Numbered from the stretch's first letter, positions 10,389 to 21,446 are shown. The stretch is DNA of 64,000 nt from Piromyces finnis finn (GCA_002104945.1 MCFH01000099.1:13208-77207), one strand, 5' to 3'. The notes: generated from the sequence alone by a model not told the origin. Numbers and translations are program-made.

Positions 10389-13300
10389 TCATGGAACAAA
10401 ATTATGATCTCCATTGGTTGCGCTGGCCCTCCTGGCCTGTCTTACTGTTTCTTCAGCATTGACGCTCTTGGATGTTGCTTCAAACCTTTTGAACATTGAC
10501 CATTGCTGACCAATAGCAAAAGGCATGATTTTGGTTAGAAGTTCCGCGGTTACCATCAAGAATGGTGTTCCTTCGTTAGTACCAGATTGAATCTGACGCT
10601 TACAAAGTTCTTTCCATTCCCTTGAATTGTAATTAATATTGTTAAAACTTCTTCCCCCAAGAAGGAATTTAAATATTTTACTGCACACACTAGAATAATC
10701 ATACACATTAATATTCACCGGATTATTAGAACTATTACTATCATCAACTAAATTACTATCTAAATTAGAATTATTATCATCACTATTGCTATCATTACTA
10801 ATATTATTATTTCTATTATTGTTATTATTACTATTGTTATTATTAATATTATTACTATTACTATTACTGTTATTGCTATCTCTGCTGATATTAACACATT
10901 CATTATTATTGATAGGACTATTGGAATTACGTTGACTGAAAAAATTTAATAGATGGACTATAGAATCATAATGTTTAATACGGATATCTCTAAATGTTGG
11001 ACAATCTAATAACCAATGTTTAATACTTTGATCTCCACACTTGCAACATGGACAGTAGTTAGGACAAACTGGATCAACAAATTTAGCAGCTTTGGCAACT
11101 CTAGCATCCAACTTGTATCCGCTTCTTGCTTTCAATAGCCAGTAGAAGCCATAGGCAAACTCTGGGTACTCATAACATAATTTAATAAAATCTTTAGTTT
11201 CAATAAATTTATTATCATCATAATATTGCGCTTTGATTGAATTCCCTTTGAGATCTTTCCAATAAAAGTTTTTAACTGCTTTAACATCTCCATGTTTCTT
11301 TAGTTTTTTATCAAGTGTCCTACTTGATTTGCACCACGTGTATTTTCTAAATTTAGGAATGTAATTGACAAGGTGTGAGATAATACAATTTGAGTTTTTC
11401 CATTTGTTAAAACATCTAACCTGAGCTAACGCACATTTGGCTGACAATGGAGGAATATTCAAATCTTTTGAGATAGAGTATAAAGATATAAACGATACAG
11501 CTTTATGAACTCCGGCAACCCATCGTATTCCTTTGTTAACATGCTTCTGAGCAATCCTAGACCTAGCTTTGTTGGATCCAAGTAATGGTGCAAAGTATGA
11601 AACTCTGCTAATCACTTGTGAGTTAAGTACTAGTTTTTTGAAAGGAATAGGAATATTAGGATTTCTTAAGAATTTACTGACTGAGAAAAGTCCTTTCAAA
11701 ACCTTGTTATTAAGAACTTTAATTACTGGTTTAAGGGACAAATTCTTATCAAATGGAACACCAAGATAAGTGTAGCAGTCAGTAGTTGGAATGGGTTGTC
11801 CTGCTAAGTAAAATGTTGGATCTCTCTTGTTCTGATTTTCTATTGATTCAGGACGAATCACCATCGTTGAACATTTCTGGATACCAAATTCCATTTCATT
11901 ATACAAGGCCCATTCATTAACTCTTCTAAGCATCTTTTTTAAGCATCCTCTTGTTGGAGCACAAATAACTATATCATCTGCAAAAAGTCCACCACAGCAT
12001 CGAGTGTCACCTAAACTGACTCCGAGATCTTCACACTCTTTAAATATATCATTAATAAAGAGATTAAAAAGAATAGGAGAAAGTGGGCAACCTTGACGGA
12101 CTCCTTTCTTCACATCAAAAGATTTCGAGAATTGTCCATCTAATTTGACATTAGCCTTAGATGTTAAATATAAATTTTTGATAAATTGTAAACTCTTACC
12201 TCGGATTCCTAAACAATCTAATTTATGGAGAATATTACCGATAGGGACTGAATCGTATGCTTTCCTGAGATCTAAAAAGGCCAAATATGTCTCTTTATTA
12301 TCTAATTGACGTCTACGGCATATTTCTTGGATTGAAATGAAAAGACTGATACTTTCTTCCTTTTTTCGAAAACCAAATTGTTCAGGTCTAATGAAATTAT
12401 TCTTAAGACCATATTCTGAGATTCTAGTGGTGACAATTTTGGAAATCAACTTAATACCATTATTGATAAGTGATATACCTCGATAGTTATCACAATCTGT
12501 CAAATCTCCCTTCTTAGGAATAGAAACAATACTGGATTCATTCCATGAGTTGGGGAAATCTCCATCCCAAATACGGTTGAATAATTTAAGAATAAAATTT
12601 AAACCATGAGCATCATTATCTGAAGTAGTATTACCAGAAGAATTATTATCTGTAGCATTATTAGAATCATTACTTGATGGAACTAATGCTTTGTAAAATT
12701 CAATTGGAATACCATCCGGACCTGATGCTTTATAATTTGGAGTAGTGAGGATAGCTGACTTGACTTCATCAATACTAATATCTTGGTTGATATCCCACTC
12801 ATCAAGCATAGGAAGTGAAAAACGTTTATTCGTTGGTTCTTCATACCAATGCTCCAAATCAAGACTTACACCACTTGGGTCTGATGCAAGATTTTCGAAA
12901 TGATCATGCCACACATCTAGTTGTTCTTCCGTAGCAACAACTAATTCTCCATTTTTATTTTTAATTGGTTGAGCAATAAAGAAAGAATCTTTTCCAATTT
13001 TTGCAGTTTTCTTGATCCATTTCCAGGCCTTCTTAGGATTATGACTCTTCATATACTCACATCCTGTTTTAATCCAATGAAGATATTCTTGCTTCCTAAA
13101 TTCATTACATCTTTTGTGGATGTAATCAATGAGTTTACGGTAGATTTTAATTCTTTTAATAAATTCATCTATATCATAAATTCTTTCTTTTTTAAATCTC
13201 TTATACAACTTCATTTTGATTTTTTGAAGATTAAAAATTTGTTGTGAAATATGAAATGAAGACTTTATAACATTATTTGCTGAAGTAATACTGAGCTCGT

Positions 13301-14882
13301 CTGCAATTGAAAAAGCAGTTGAAGTAAACTCTTTGGAAAGTTCATCTGTAGAAACATTAGGATCGTTGGATTTTGCTGAAAGTATTTGGAATTTATTATG
13401 ACTGAGAATAGATTCCTTTTCCTCAATACATTTTAATCTATTCCATTTCAGAATTTTCTTAGGAACATTAAAGTCATTAGAAAAATCTTCCATAGGAATA
13501 ATTTTACCATTAATAAGAAGTGGCTTATGGTCTGATACAGGATAAAAATTATTTATAAATGATCCTGAGTGAATAAGATCTTTCATCTTCGAATTGATAA
13601 GAGCATGGTCAATGTCGGAAGATTGATCACCTCGAGTCCAAGAGATAGTAGACCCTCTAAGCGGAAGAATTTCCCAATCTCCTAATCCATTAGTTGATAA
13701 CCAGTTGGATAATTTTACTTTAGACATATTAAAATCACCAACAAGAATCGATGGATGGGATGAATGAGTTTGTAACCACAAGCGAACTTCTAACTTTGCA
13801 TGATCAACATAGATGTTGTGATGACTATGAGGCATATAAACATTACCAATCGAGCATTTGAATCTATTCCAGAGACTAAAAGTATAAATAGAAATAATAT
13901 ACTTTCCAGAGAAGTTTTCAAGTGAGGCTTGACATGAATTGTGAAAACCTAAATATAAACCTCTCATTCCCGGAACTGATTCGTCAGCTTTCTTGAAAAA
14001 GTGTCTATAGTTTCGCAAAGTAACACGACAAGGATAATCTGTATTCGATCCAGAACCATTACCAGTTTCTTGGAAACATAAAAATAATGGTTTGAAAATA
14101 GCTGTGAAATAGCTAATACTATCTCTCTTTTCGTGATTCCACCCATTGGTGTTCCAACTAAGACAAAAAGAAAAGTTATCAATCTTGTTGGATGAGGAAG
14201 AATCGTTGCTATTATTATTATTATTAAAGTCATCGTTATTAATGGATGATGCATCAGAGGAATAAGTAGAACTATTACTAGATGGCTGTGAAACTGAAGA
14301 ACTATCAACTATTGAACTGTTATCAGAGTTGATAGAGCTATTAGAATTAATTGTTGAATGTTGAGATTGAAATTGTGTTTGCTGTAGATCTGGAATATTT
14401 TCATGATTGGAAACTTGTTGAAGATCTTGTTGAAGATCTAGTTGAAGATCGGATTGTTGATGAGATTGTTGAACTGATTGTTGAAATGATTGTTGAATAG
14501 AATGTTGATGTTTATTAGAAACTAAAATTTTACGTTTGAGAGTGGAAAAAGTGTATTTGTGATTCCTTCTACTACGAGCTGAAAAGGAAATTGAGGTAAC
14601 TGAAAGTTTCTTCTTTAACATGTGTAAGATTTTAATACAATCTTTTGATGAACCATGAACCTTGACTAAGAAAAAGTGATCATTGAAAGTTTGAAAATAT
14701 TTAACACTAATAACTGAATTAAATTTATCTTCTAGAATAACCTCGAGTTTTTCCCATAGCATATTTACTGACCATGATCGAATACCACGGATAAAGAAGG
14801 AGCGAATATCATCTAAGGGGATACCATAAGACCGGGTACCACGTCTGATATAATTCTTATCTTTAATATAAAGGACTGACAT
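10389..14882 (-). CDS. Retrotransposon protein, element 2 (1497 aa, intact)
   Basis: Same APE, RT and CCHC motifs as element 1 and nearly identical to it. Confidence 0.97.
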   Translation of the reverse strand: MSVLYIKDKNYIRRGTRSYGIPLDDIRSFFIRGIRSWSVNMLWEKLEVILEDKFNSVISVKYFQTFNDHFFLVKVHGSSKDCIKILHMLKKKLSVTSISFSARSRRNHKYTFSTLKRKILVSNKHQHSIQQSFQQSVQQSHQQSDLQLDLQQDLQQVSNHENIPDLQQTQFQSQHSTINSNSSINSDNSSIVDSSSVSQPSSNSSTYSSDASSINNDDFNNNNNSNDSSSSNKIDNFSFCLSWNTNGWNHEKRDSISYFTAIFKPLFLCFQETGNGSGSNTDYPCRVTLRNYRHFFKKADESVPGMRGLYLGFHNSCQASLENFSGKYIISIYTFSLWNRFKCSIGNVYMPHSHHNIYVDHAKLEVRLWLQTHSSHPSILVGDFNMSKVKLSNWLSTNGLGDWEILPLRGSTISWTRGDQSSDIDHALINSKMKDLIHSGSFINNFYPVSDHKPLLINGKIIPMEDFSNDFNVPKKILKWNRLKCIEEKESILSHNKFQILSAKSNDPNVSTDELSKEFTSTAFSIADELSITSANNVIKSSFHISQQIFNLQKIKMKLYKRFKKERIYDIDEFIKRIKIYRKLIDYIHKRCNEFRKQEYLHWIKTGCEYMKSHNPKKAWKWIKKTAKIGKDSFFIAQPIKNKNGELVVATEEQLDVWHDHFENLASDPSGVSLDLEHWYEEPTNKRFSLPMLDEWDINQDISIDEVKSAILTTPNYKASGPDGIPIEFYKALVPSSNDSNNATDNNSSGNTTSDNDAHGLNFILKLFNRIWDGDFPNSWNESSIVSIPKKGDLTDCDNYRGISLINNGIKLISKIVTTRISEYGLKNNFIRPEQFGFRKKEESISLFISIQEICRRRQLDNKETYLAFLDLRKAYDSVPIGNILHKLDCLGIRGKSLQFIKNLYLTSKANVKLDGQFSKSFDVKKGVRQGCPLSPILFNLFINDIFKECEDLGVSLGDTRCCGGLFADDIVICAPTRGCLKKMLRRVNEWALYNEMEFGIQKCSTMVIRPESIENQNKRDPTFYLAGQPIPTTDCYTYLGVPFDKNLSLKPVIKVLNNKVLKGLFSVSKFLRNPNIPIPFKKLVLNSQVISRVSYFAPLLGSNKARSRIAQKHVNKGIRWVAGVHKAVSFISLYSISKDLNIPPLSAKCALAQVRCFNKWKNSNCIISHLVNYIPKFRKYTWCKSSRTLDKKLKKHGDVKAVKNFYWKDLKGNSIKAQYYDDNKFIETKDFIKLCYEYPEFAYGFYWLLKARSGYKLDARVAKAAKFVDPVCPNYCPCCKCGDQSIKHWLLDCPTFRDIRIKHYDSIVHLLNFFSQRNSNSPINNNECVNISRDSNNSNSNSNNINNNNSNNNNNRNNNISNDSNSDDNNSNLDSNLVDDSNSSNNPVNINVYDYSSVCSKIFKFLLGGRSFNNINYNSREWKELCKRQIQSGTNEGTPFLMVTAELLTKIMPFAIGQQWSMFKRFEATSKSVNAEETVRQARRASATNGDHNFVP

Positions 14883-15527
14883 GATAATAAATTCTAATTA
14901 AAAAATATTGAATATAAAATAAATACTAATAAAAATTACAAATATAACGTATATGGAAAAAAATCTGTCTCTCTCTCTCTTCTTAAAAGTACTGGATAGT
15001 ACAAAAATTGTTACGATGCTTTGTTTAAAGTTTCTTATTTTTTGAATTCTAGTTGTAAATTTTCTTTAAAAATTCTAGTTTTGGTTTGTTGTTAGTAAAT
15101 TCGAATCGCTTTTTGACACTAAACTTGTTTGACTTTACTTTTCATTAAATATTTAAATTGGTAAAAAATTTGAATCAAGAATGTCGACACCAGAAAGCTT
15201 GTGAATAGTATTTTTACATGATGTAGAGTGAATCAGTCTCTTACAAGAAACAATACAACAATAGCTACATGAATATAAAAGTACAATGCAAATGCTAAAG
15301 TTGACTACATTGGATTCTTACAAGAGAAGAGTAGTACTACATGAATACATGAGTAAAAGAAAAAATACAGCAACAAAATGTATTACTCTTCTAATTAAAT
15401 ACTATACAAACTTACCTGAAAAATCAAACATTCACTTATTCATCAAATACTTAAATTTGATGAATAAAATGTTTTTTAATCGCTCAGTACCATGAGCTTA
15501 GTCCTAATAATTTTCCCTTGAAGACTA

Positions 15528-15718
15528 ACCAAGCATCCATTGCGCAATGCTTGGATTTAATTCTTTCTACTCTCTCAGTACCATGAGCATGAGTAGACCC
15601 CTTGAGAAATTACATTTATTAAATAAATGAAGGCACATTCCTAAGAGGGCACCAAGCATCCATTGCGCAATACTTGGATTTAATTCTTTCTACTCTCTCA
15701 GTACCATGAGCATGAGTA
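15528..15718 (-). repeat. 5' UTR ~123-bp monomers of element 2 (second monomer split by element 3; remainder at 21378-21446)
   Basis: accaagcatccattgcgcaat... recurs at 15528 and 15651. Confidence 0.9.
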
Positions 15719-15919
15719 TTTTTTTTTTTTTTTTTTTTAACGGCATCAAATATTTTAAACTTTATTATTAATTTAATTAAAATTATAATACATGTAATAT
15801 AAAAAGTTAAAAATAAAATAAAATAAAAAAAAAAACATGTTTAAATAAACACAAATGAATAAAAAATGGGTATAATGTATTCTAGTAATTTTAATTAAAG
15901 TAAGAAAGCCACTATTATA

Positions 15920-18900
15920 CTAAGGTATAATAATTGTATTTGACTTCCAATGGGACACCGAGTCAAAGATCAAAATTTTATCATGGGAAAAATTATGATC
16001 TCCATTGGTTGCGCTGGCCCTCCTGGCCTGTCTTACTGTTTCTTCAGCATCGACGCTCTTGGATGTTGCTTCAAACCTTTGGAACATTGACCATTGCTGG
16101 CCAATAGCAAAAGGCATGATTTTGGTTAGAAGTTCCGCGGTTACCGTCAAGAATGGTGTTACTTCATTAGTACCAGATTGAATCTGACACTTGCAAAGTT
16201 CTTTCCATTCCCTTGAATCGTAATTGATATTGTTAAAACTTCTTCCCCCAAGAAGGAATTTAAATATTTTACTGCACACACTAGAATAATCATACACATT
16301 AATATTCACCGGATTATTAGAACTATTACTATCATTAACTAAATTACTATCTAGATTAGAATTATTATCATCACTATTGCTATCATTACTAATATTATTA
16401 TTTCTATTATTGTTATTATTACTATTGTTACTATTACTATTGTTATTACTACTATTGTTACTATTACTATTAATGTTATTACTATCTCTACTGATATTAA
16501 CATTTTCATTATTATTGATAGGACTATTGGAATTACGTTGACTGAAAAAATTTAATAGCTGGACTATGGAATCATAATGTTTAATACGGATATCTCTAAA
16601 TGTTGGACAATCTAATAACCAATGTTTAATACTTTGATCTCCACACTTGCAACATGGACAGTAGTTAGGACAAACTGGATCAACAAATTTAGCAGATTTG
16701 GCAACTCTAGCATCCAACTTGTATCCGCTTCTTGCTTTCAATAGCCAGTAGAAGCCATAGGCAAACTCTGGGTACTCATAACATAATTTAATAAAATCTT
16801 TAGTTTCAATAAATTTATTATCATCATAATATTGCGCTTTGATTGAATTCCCTTTGAGATCTTTCCAATAAAAGTTTTTAACTGCTTTAACATCTCCATG
16901 TTTCTTTAATTTTTTATCAAGTGTCCTACTTGATTTGCACCACGTGTATTTTCTAAATTTAGGAATGTAATTGACAAGGTGTGAGATAATACAATTTGAG
17001 TTTTTCCATTTGTTAAAACATCTAACCTGAGCTAACGCACATTTGGCTGACAATGGAGGAATATTCAAATCTTTTGAAATAGAGTATAAAGATATAAACG
17101 ATACAGCTTTATGAACTCCGGCAACCCATCGTATTCCTTTGTTAACATGCTTCTGAGCAATCCTAGACCTAGCTTTGTTGGATCCAAGTAATGGTGCAAA
17201 GTATGAAACTCTACTAATCACTTGTGAGTTAAGTACTAGTTTTTTGAAAGGAATAGGAATATTAGGATTTCTTAAGAATTTACTGACTGAGAAAAGTCCT
17301 TTCAAAACCTTGTTATTAAGAGCTTTAATTACTGGTTTAAGGGACAGATTCTTATCAAATGGAACACCAAGATAAGTATAGCAATCAGTAGTTGGAATGG
17401 GTTGTCCTGCTAAGTAAAATGTTGGATCTCTCTTGTTCTGATTTTCTATTGATTCAGGACGAATCACCATCGTTGAACATTTCTGGATACCAAATTCCAT
17501 TTCATTATACAATGCCCATTCATTAACTCTTCTAAGCATCTTTTTTAAGCATCCTCTTGTTGGAGCACAAATAACTATATCATCTGCAAAAAGTCCACCA
17601 CAGCATCGAGTGTCACCTAAACTGACTCCTAGATCTTCGCACTCTCTAAATATATCATTAATAAAGAGATTAAAGAGAATAGGAGAAAGAGGGCATCCTT
17701 GACGGACTCCTTTCTTCACATCAAAAGATTTCGAGAATTGTCCATCTAATTTGACATTAGCCTTAGATGTTAAATATAAATTTTTGATAAATTGTAGACT
17801 CTTACCTCGGATTCCTAAACAATCTAATTTATGGAGAATATTACCGATTGGGACTGAATCGTATGCTTTCCTGAGATCTAAAAAGGCCAAATATGTCTCT
17901 TTATTATCTAATTGACGTCTACGGCATATTTCTTGGATTGAAATGAAAAGACTAATACTTTCTTCCTTTTTTCGAAAACCAAATTGTTCAGGTCTAATGA
18001 AATTATTCTTTAAACCATATTCTGAGATTCTAGTGGTGACAATTTTGGAAATCAACTTAATGCCATTATTGATAAGTGATATACCTCGATAGTTATCACA
18101 ATCTGTCAAATCTCCCTTCTTAGGAATAGAAACAATACTGGATTCATTCCATGAGTTGGGGAAATCTCCATCCCAAATACGGTTGAATAATTTAAGAATA
18201 AAATTTAAACCATGAGCATCATTATCTGAAGTAGTATTACCAGAAGAATTATTATCTGTAGCATTATTAGAATCATTACTTGATGGAACTAATGCTTTGT
18301 AAAATTCAATTGGAATACCATCCGGACCTGATGCTTTATAATTTGGAGTAGTGAGGATAGCTGACTTGACTTCATCAATACTAATATCTTGGTTGATATC
18401 CCACTCATCAAGCATAGGAAGTGAAAAACGTTTATTCGTTGGTTCTTCATACCAATGCTCCAAATCAAGACTTACACCACTTGGGTCTGATGCAAGATTT
18501 TCGAAATGATCATGCCACACATCTAGTTGTTCTTCCGTAGCAACAACTAATTCTCCATTTTTATTTTTAATTGGTTGAGCAATAAAGAAAGAATCTTTTC
18601 CAATTTTTGCAGTTTTCTTGATCCATTTCCAGGCCTTCTTAGGATTATGACTCTTCATATACTCACATCCTGTTTTAATCCAATGAAGATATTCTTGCTT
18701 CCTAAATTCATTACATCTTTTGTGGATGTAATCAATGAGTTTACGGTAGATTTTAATTCTTTTAATAAATTCATCTATATCATAAATTCTTTCTTTTTTA
18801 AATCTCTTATACAACTTCATTTTGATTTTTTGAAGATTAAAAATTTGTTGTGAAATATGAAATGAAGACTTTATAACATTATTTGCTGAAGTAATACTGA

Positions 18901-20488
18901 GCTCGTCTGCAATTGAAAAAGCAGTTGAAGTAAACTCTTTGGAAAGTTCATCTGTAGAAACATTAGGATCGTTGGATTTTGCTGAAAGTATTTGGAATTT
19001 ATTATGACTGAGAATAGATTCCTTTTCCTCAATACATTTTAATCTATTCCATTTCAGAATTTTCTTAGGAACATTAAAGTCATTAGAAAAATCTTCCATA
19101 GGAATAATTTTACCATTAATAAGAAGTGGCTTATGGTCTGATACAGGATAAAAATTATTTATAAATGATCCTGAGTGAATAAGATCTTTCATCTTCGAAT
19201 TGATAAGAGCATGGTCAATGTCGGAAGATTGATCACCTCGAGTCCAAGAGATAGTAGACCCTCTAAGCGGAAGAATCTCCCAATCTCCTAATCTATTAGT
19301 TGATAACCAGTTGGATAATTTTACTTTAGACATATTAAAATCACCAACAAGAATCGATGGATGGGATGAATGAGTTTGTAACCACAAGCGAACTTCTAAC
19401 TTTGCATGATCAACATAGATGTTGTGATGACTATGAGGCATATAAACATTACCAATCGAGCATTTGAATCTATTCCAGAGACTAAAAGTATAAATAGAAA
19501 TAATATACTTTCCAGAGAAGTTTTCAAGTGAGGCTTGACATGAATTGTGAAAACCTAAATATAAACCTCTCATTCCCGGAACTGATTCGTCAGCTTTCTT
19601 GAAAAAGTGTCTATAGTTTCGCAAAGTAACACGACAAGGATAATCTGTATTCGATCCAGAACCATTACCAGTTTCTTGGAAACATAAAAATAATGGTTTG
19701 AAAATAGCTGTGAAATAGCTAATACTATCTCTCTTTTCGTGATTCCACCCATTGGTGTTCCAACTAAGACAAAAAGAAAAGTTATCAGGCTTGTTGGATG
19801 AGGAAGAATCGTTGCTATTATTATTATTATTAAAGTCATCGTTATTAATGGATGATGCATCAGAGGAATAAGTAGAACTATTACTAGATGGCTGTGAAAC
19901 TGAAGAACTATCAACTATTGAACTGTTATCAGAGTTGATAGAGCTATTAGAATTAATTGTTGAATGTTGAGATTGAAATTGTGTTTGCTGTAGATCTGGA
20001 ATATTTTCATGATTGGAAACTTGTTGAAGATCTTGTTGAAGATCTAGTTGAAGATCGGATTGTTGATGAGATTGTTGAACTGATTGTTGAAATGATTGTT
20101 GAATAGAATGTTGATGTTTATTAGAAACTAAAATTTTACGTTTGAGAGTGGAAAAAGTGTATTTGTGATTCCTTCTACTACGAGCTGAAAAGGAAATTGA
20201 GGTAACTGAAAGTTTCTTCTTTAACATGTGTAAGATTTTAATACAATCTTTCGATGAACCATGAACCTTGACTAAGAAAAAGTGATCATTGAAAGTCTGA
20301 AAATATTTAACACTAATAACTGAATTAAATTTATCTTCTAGAATAACCTCGAGTTTTTCCCATAGCATATTTACCGACCATGATCGAATACCACGGATAA
20401 AGAAGGAGCGAATATCATCTAAGGGGATACCATAAGACCGGGTACCACGTCTGATATAATTCTTGTCTTTAATATAAAGGACTGACAT
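15920..20488 (-). CDS. Retrotransposon protein, element 3 (1522 aa, frameshift-extended C-terminus)
   Basis: All catalytic motifs are intact. It ends NGDHNFSHDKIL...IIIP instead of NGDHNFVP. Confidence 0.97.
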   Translation of the reverse strand: MSVLYIKDKNYIRRGTRSYGIPLDDIRSFFIRGIRSWSVNMLWEKLEVILEDKFNSVISVKYFQTFNDHFFLVKVHGSSKDCIKILHMLKKKLSVTSISFSARSRRNHKYTFSTLKRKILVSNKHQHSIQQSFQQSVQQSHQQSDLQLDLQQDLQQVSNHENIPDLQQTQFQSQHSTINSNSSINSDNSSIVDSSSVSQPSSNSSTYSSDASSINNDDFNNNNNSNDSSSSNKPDNFSFCLSWNTNGWNHEKRDSISYFTAIFKPLFLCFQETGNGSGSNTDYPCRVTLRNYRHFFKKADESVPGMRGLYLGFHNSCQASLENFSGKYIISIYTFSLWNRFKCSIGNVYMPHSHHNIYVDHAKLEVRLWLQTHSSHPSILVGDFNMSKVKLSNWLSTNRLGDWEILPLRGSTISWTRGDQSSDIDHALINSKMKDLIHSGSFINNFYPVSDHKPLLINGKIIPMEDFSNDFNVPKKILKWNRLKCIEEKESILSHNKFQILSAKSNDPNVSTDELSKEFTSTAFSIADELSITSANNVIKSSFHISQQIFNLQKIKMKLYKRFKKERIYDIDEFIKRIKIYRKLIDYIHKRCNEFRKQEYLHWIKTGCEYMKSHNPKKAWKWIKKTAKIGKDSFFIAQPIKNKNGELVVATEEQLDVWHDHFENLASDPSGVSLDLEHWYEEPTNKRFSLPMLDEWDINQDISIDEVKSAILTTPNYKASGPDGIPIEFYKALVPSSNDSNNATDNNSSGNTTSDNDAHGLNFILKLFNRIWDGDFPNSWNESSIVSIPKKGDLTDCDNYRGISLINNGIKLISKIVTTRISEYGLKNNFIRPEQFGFRKKEESISLFISIQEICRRRQLDNKETYLAFLDLRKAYDSVPIGNILHKLDCLGIRGKSLQFIKNLYLTSKANVKLDGQFSKSFDVKKGVRQGCPLSPILFNLFINDIFRECEDLGVSLGDTRCCGGLFADDIVICAPTRGCLKKMLRRVNEWALYNEMEFGIQKCSTMVIRPESIENQNKRDPTFYLAGQPIPTTDCYTYLGVPFDKNLSLKPVIKALNNKVLKGLFSVSKFLRNPNIPIPFKKLVLNSQVISRVSYFAPLLGSNKARSRIAQKHVNKGIRWVAGVHKAVSFISLYSISKDLNIPPLSAKCALAQVRCFNKWKNSNCIISHLVNYIPKFRKYTWCKSSRTLDKKLKKHGDVKAVKNFYWKDLKGNSIKAQYYDDNKFIETKDFIKLCYEYPEFAYGFYWLLKARSGYKLDARVAKSAKFVDPVCPNYCPCCKCGDQSIKHWLLDCPTFRDIRIKHYDSIVQLLNFFSQRNSNSPINNNENVNISRDSNNINSNSNNSSNNNSNSNNSNNNNNRNNNISNDSNSDDNNSNLDSNLVNDSNSSNNPVNINVYDYSSVCSKIFKFLLGGRSFNNINYDSREWKELCKCQIQSGTNEVTPFLTVTAELLTKIMPFAIGQQWSMFQRFEATSKSVDAEETVRQARRASATNGDHNFSHDKILIFDSVSHWKSNTIIIP

Positions 20489-21131
20489 GATAATAAATTC
20501 TAATTAAAAATATTGAATATAAAATAAATACTAATAAAAATTATAAATATAACGTATATGGAAAAAAAAATCTGTCTCTCTCTCTCTTCTTAAAAGTACT
20601 GGATAGTACAAAAATTGTTACGATGCTTTGTTAAAAGTTTCTTTTTTTGAATTCTAGTTGTAAATTTTCTTTAAAAATTCTAGTTTTGGTTTGTTGTTAG
20701 TAAATTCGAATCGCTTTTTGACACTAAACTTGTTTGACTTTACTTTTCATTAAATATTTAAATTGGTAAAAAATTTGAATCAAGAATGTCGACACCAGAA
20801 AGCTTGTGAATAGTATTTTTACATGATGTAGAGTGAATCAGTCTCTTACAAGAAACAATACAACAATAGCTACATGAATATAAAAATACAATGCAAATGC
20901 TAAAGTTGACTACATTGGATTCTTACAAGAGAAGAGTAGTACTACATGAATACATGAATAAAAGAAAAAATACAGCAACAAAATGTATTACTCTTCTAAT
21001 TAAATACTATACAAACTTACCTGAATATCAAACATTCAACTTATTCAACAAATACTCAATTCGATGAATAAAATGTTTTTTAATCGCTCAGTACCATGAG
21101 CTTAGTCCTAATAATTTTCCCTTAAAGACTA

Positions 21132-21377
21132 ACCAAGCATCCATTGCGCAATGCTTGGATTTAATTCTTTCTACTCTCTCAGTACCATGAGCATGAGTAG
21201 ACCCCCTTGATAAACTCCATTATTAAATAAATGAAGGCACGTTCCTAAGAGGGCACCAAGCATCCATTGCGCAATACTTGGATTTAATTCTTTCTACTCT
21301 CTCAGTACCATGAGCATGAGTAGACCCCCTTGAGAAACTACATTTATTAAATAAATGAAGGCACGTTCCCAAGAGGG
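21132..21377 (-). promoter_or_regulatory. Two tandem ~123-bp 5' UTR monomers of element 3; putative internal promoter or structured RNA leader
   Basis: Repeat starts at 21132 and 21255, and both full-length elements begin at the monomer boundary. Promoter function is inferred by analogy to rodent L1 monomers. Confidence 0.6.
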
Positions 21378-21446
21378 ATGAGCATGAGTAGACCCCCTTG
21401 AGAAACTACATTTATTAAATAAATGAAGGCACGTTCCCAAGAGGGA

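Larger units (their letters stand above)
15719..21377 (-). mobile_element. Full-length element 3
   Basis: TSD atgagcatgagta at 15706-15718 and 21378-21390 (12-13 bp). T-run 15719-15738. About 889 nt of 5' UTR with two monomers. Confidence 0.95.
10118..21446 (-). mobile_element. Full-length element 2 (10118-15718 plus 21378-21446), with element 3 nested in its 5' UTR
   Basis: Exact 13-bp TSD agtaccagattga at 10105-10117 and 21447-21459. T-run 10118-10149. The 5' end reads gttcccaagaggga on the + strand. Confidence 0.93.

Noticed and set aside
15286-15495. Antisense ORF0-like peptide in the 5' UTR
   Set aside because: Frame and stop differ between copies (69 aa in element 2, about 58 aa in elements 1 and 3) and there is no recognisable motif.
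15528-15718. CRISPR-like array
   Set aside because: Only two contiguous ~123-bp units with no unique spacers, in a eukaryotic retroelement UTR, and no cas genes.
6342-19914. Recurrent short ORFs (MSNKERIF, MLDPSNG, MIVLQF)
   Set aside because: Shadow frames of the retrotransposon ORF that recur only because the copies are nearly identical.
3717-20488. Mosaic or recombinant origin of the three ORFs
   Set aside because: With three sequences every difference is a singleton, so private mutations explain the pattern.
21132-21446. Canonical HDV-like or hammerhead ribozyme in the monomer
   Set aside because: GCCCUCU/AGGGGGU mimics HDV P1 with a G-U pair, but P3/L3 and the P1.1 GG are missing. CUGAGAG..GAAA does not fit CUGANGA and there is no stem III-UH.
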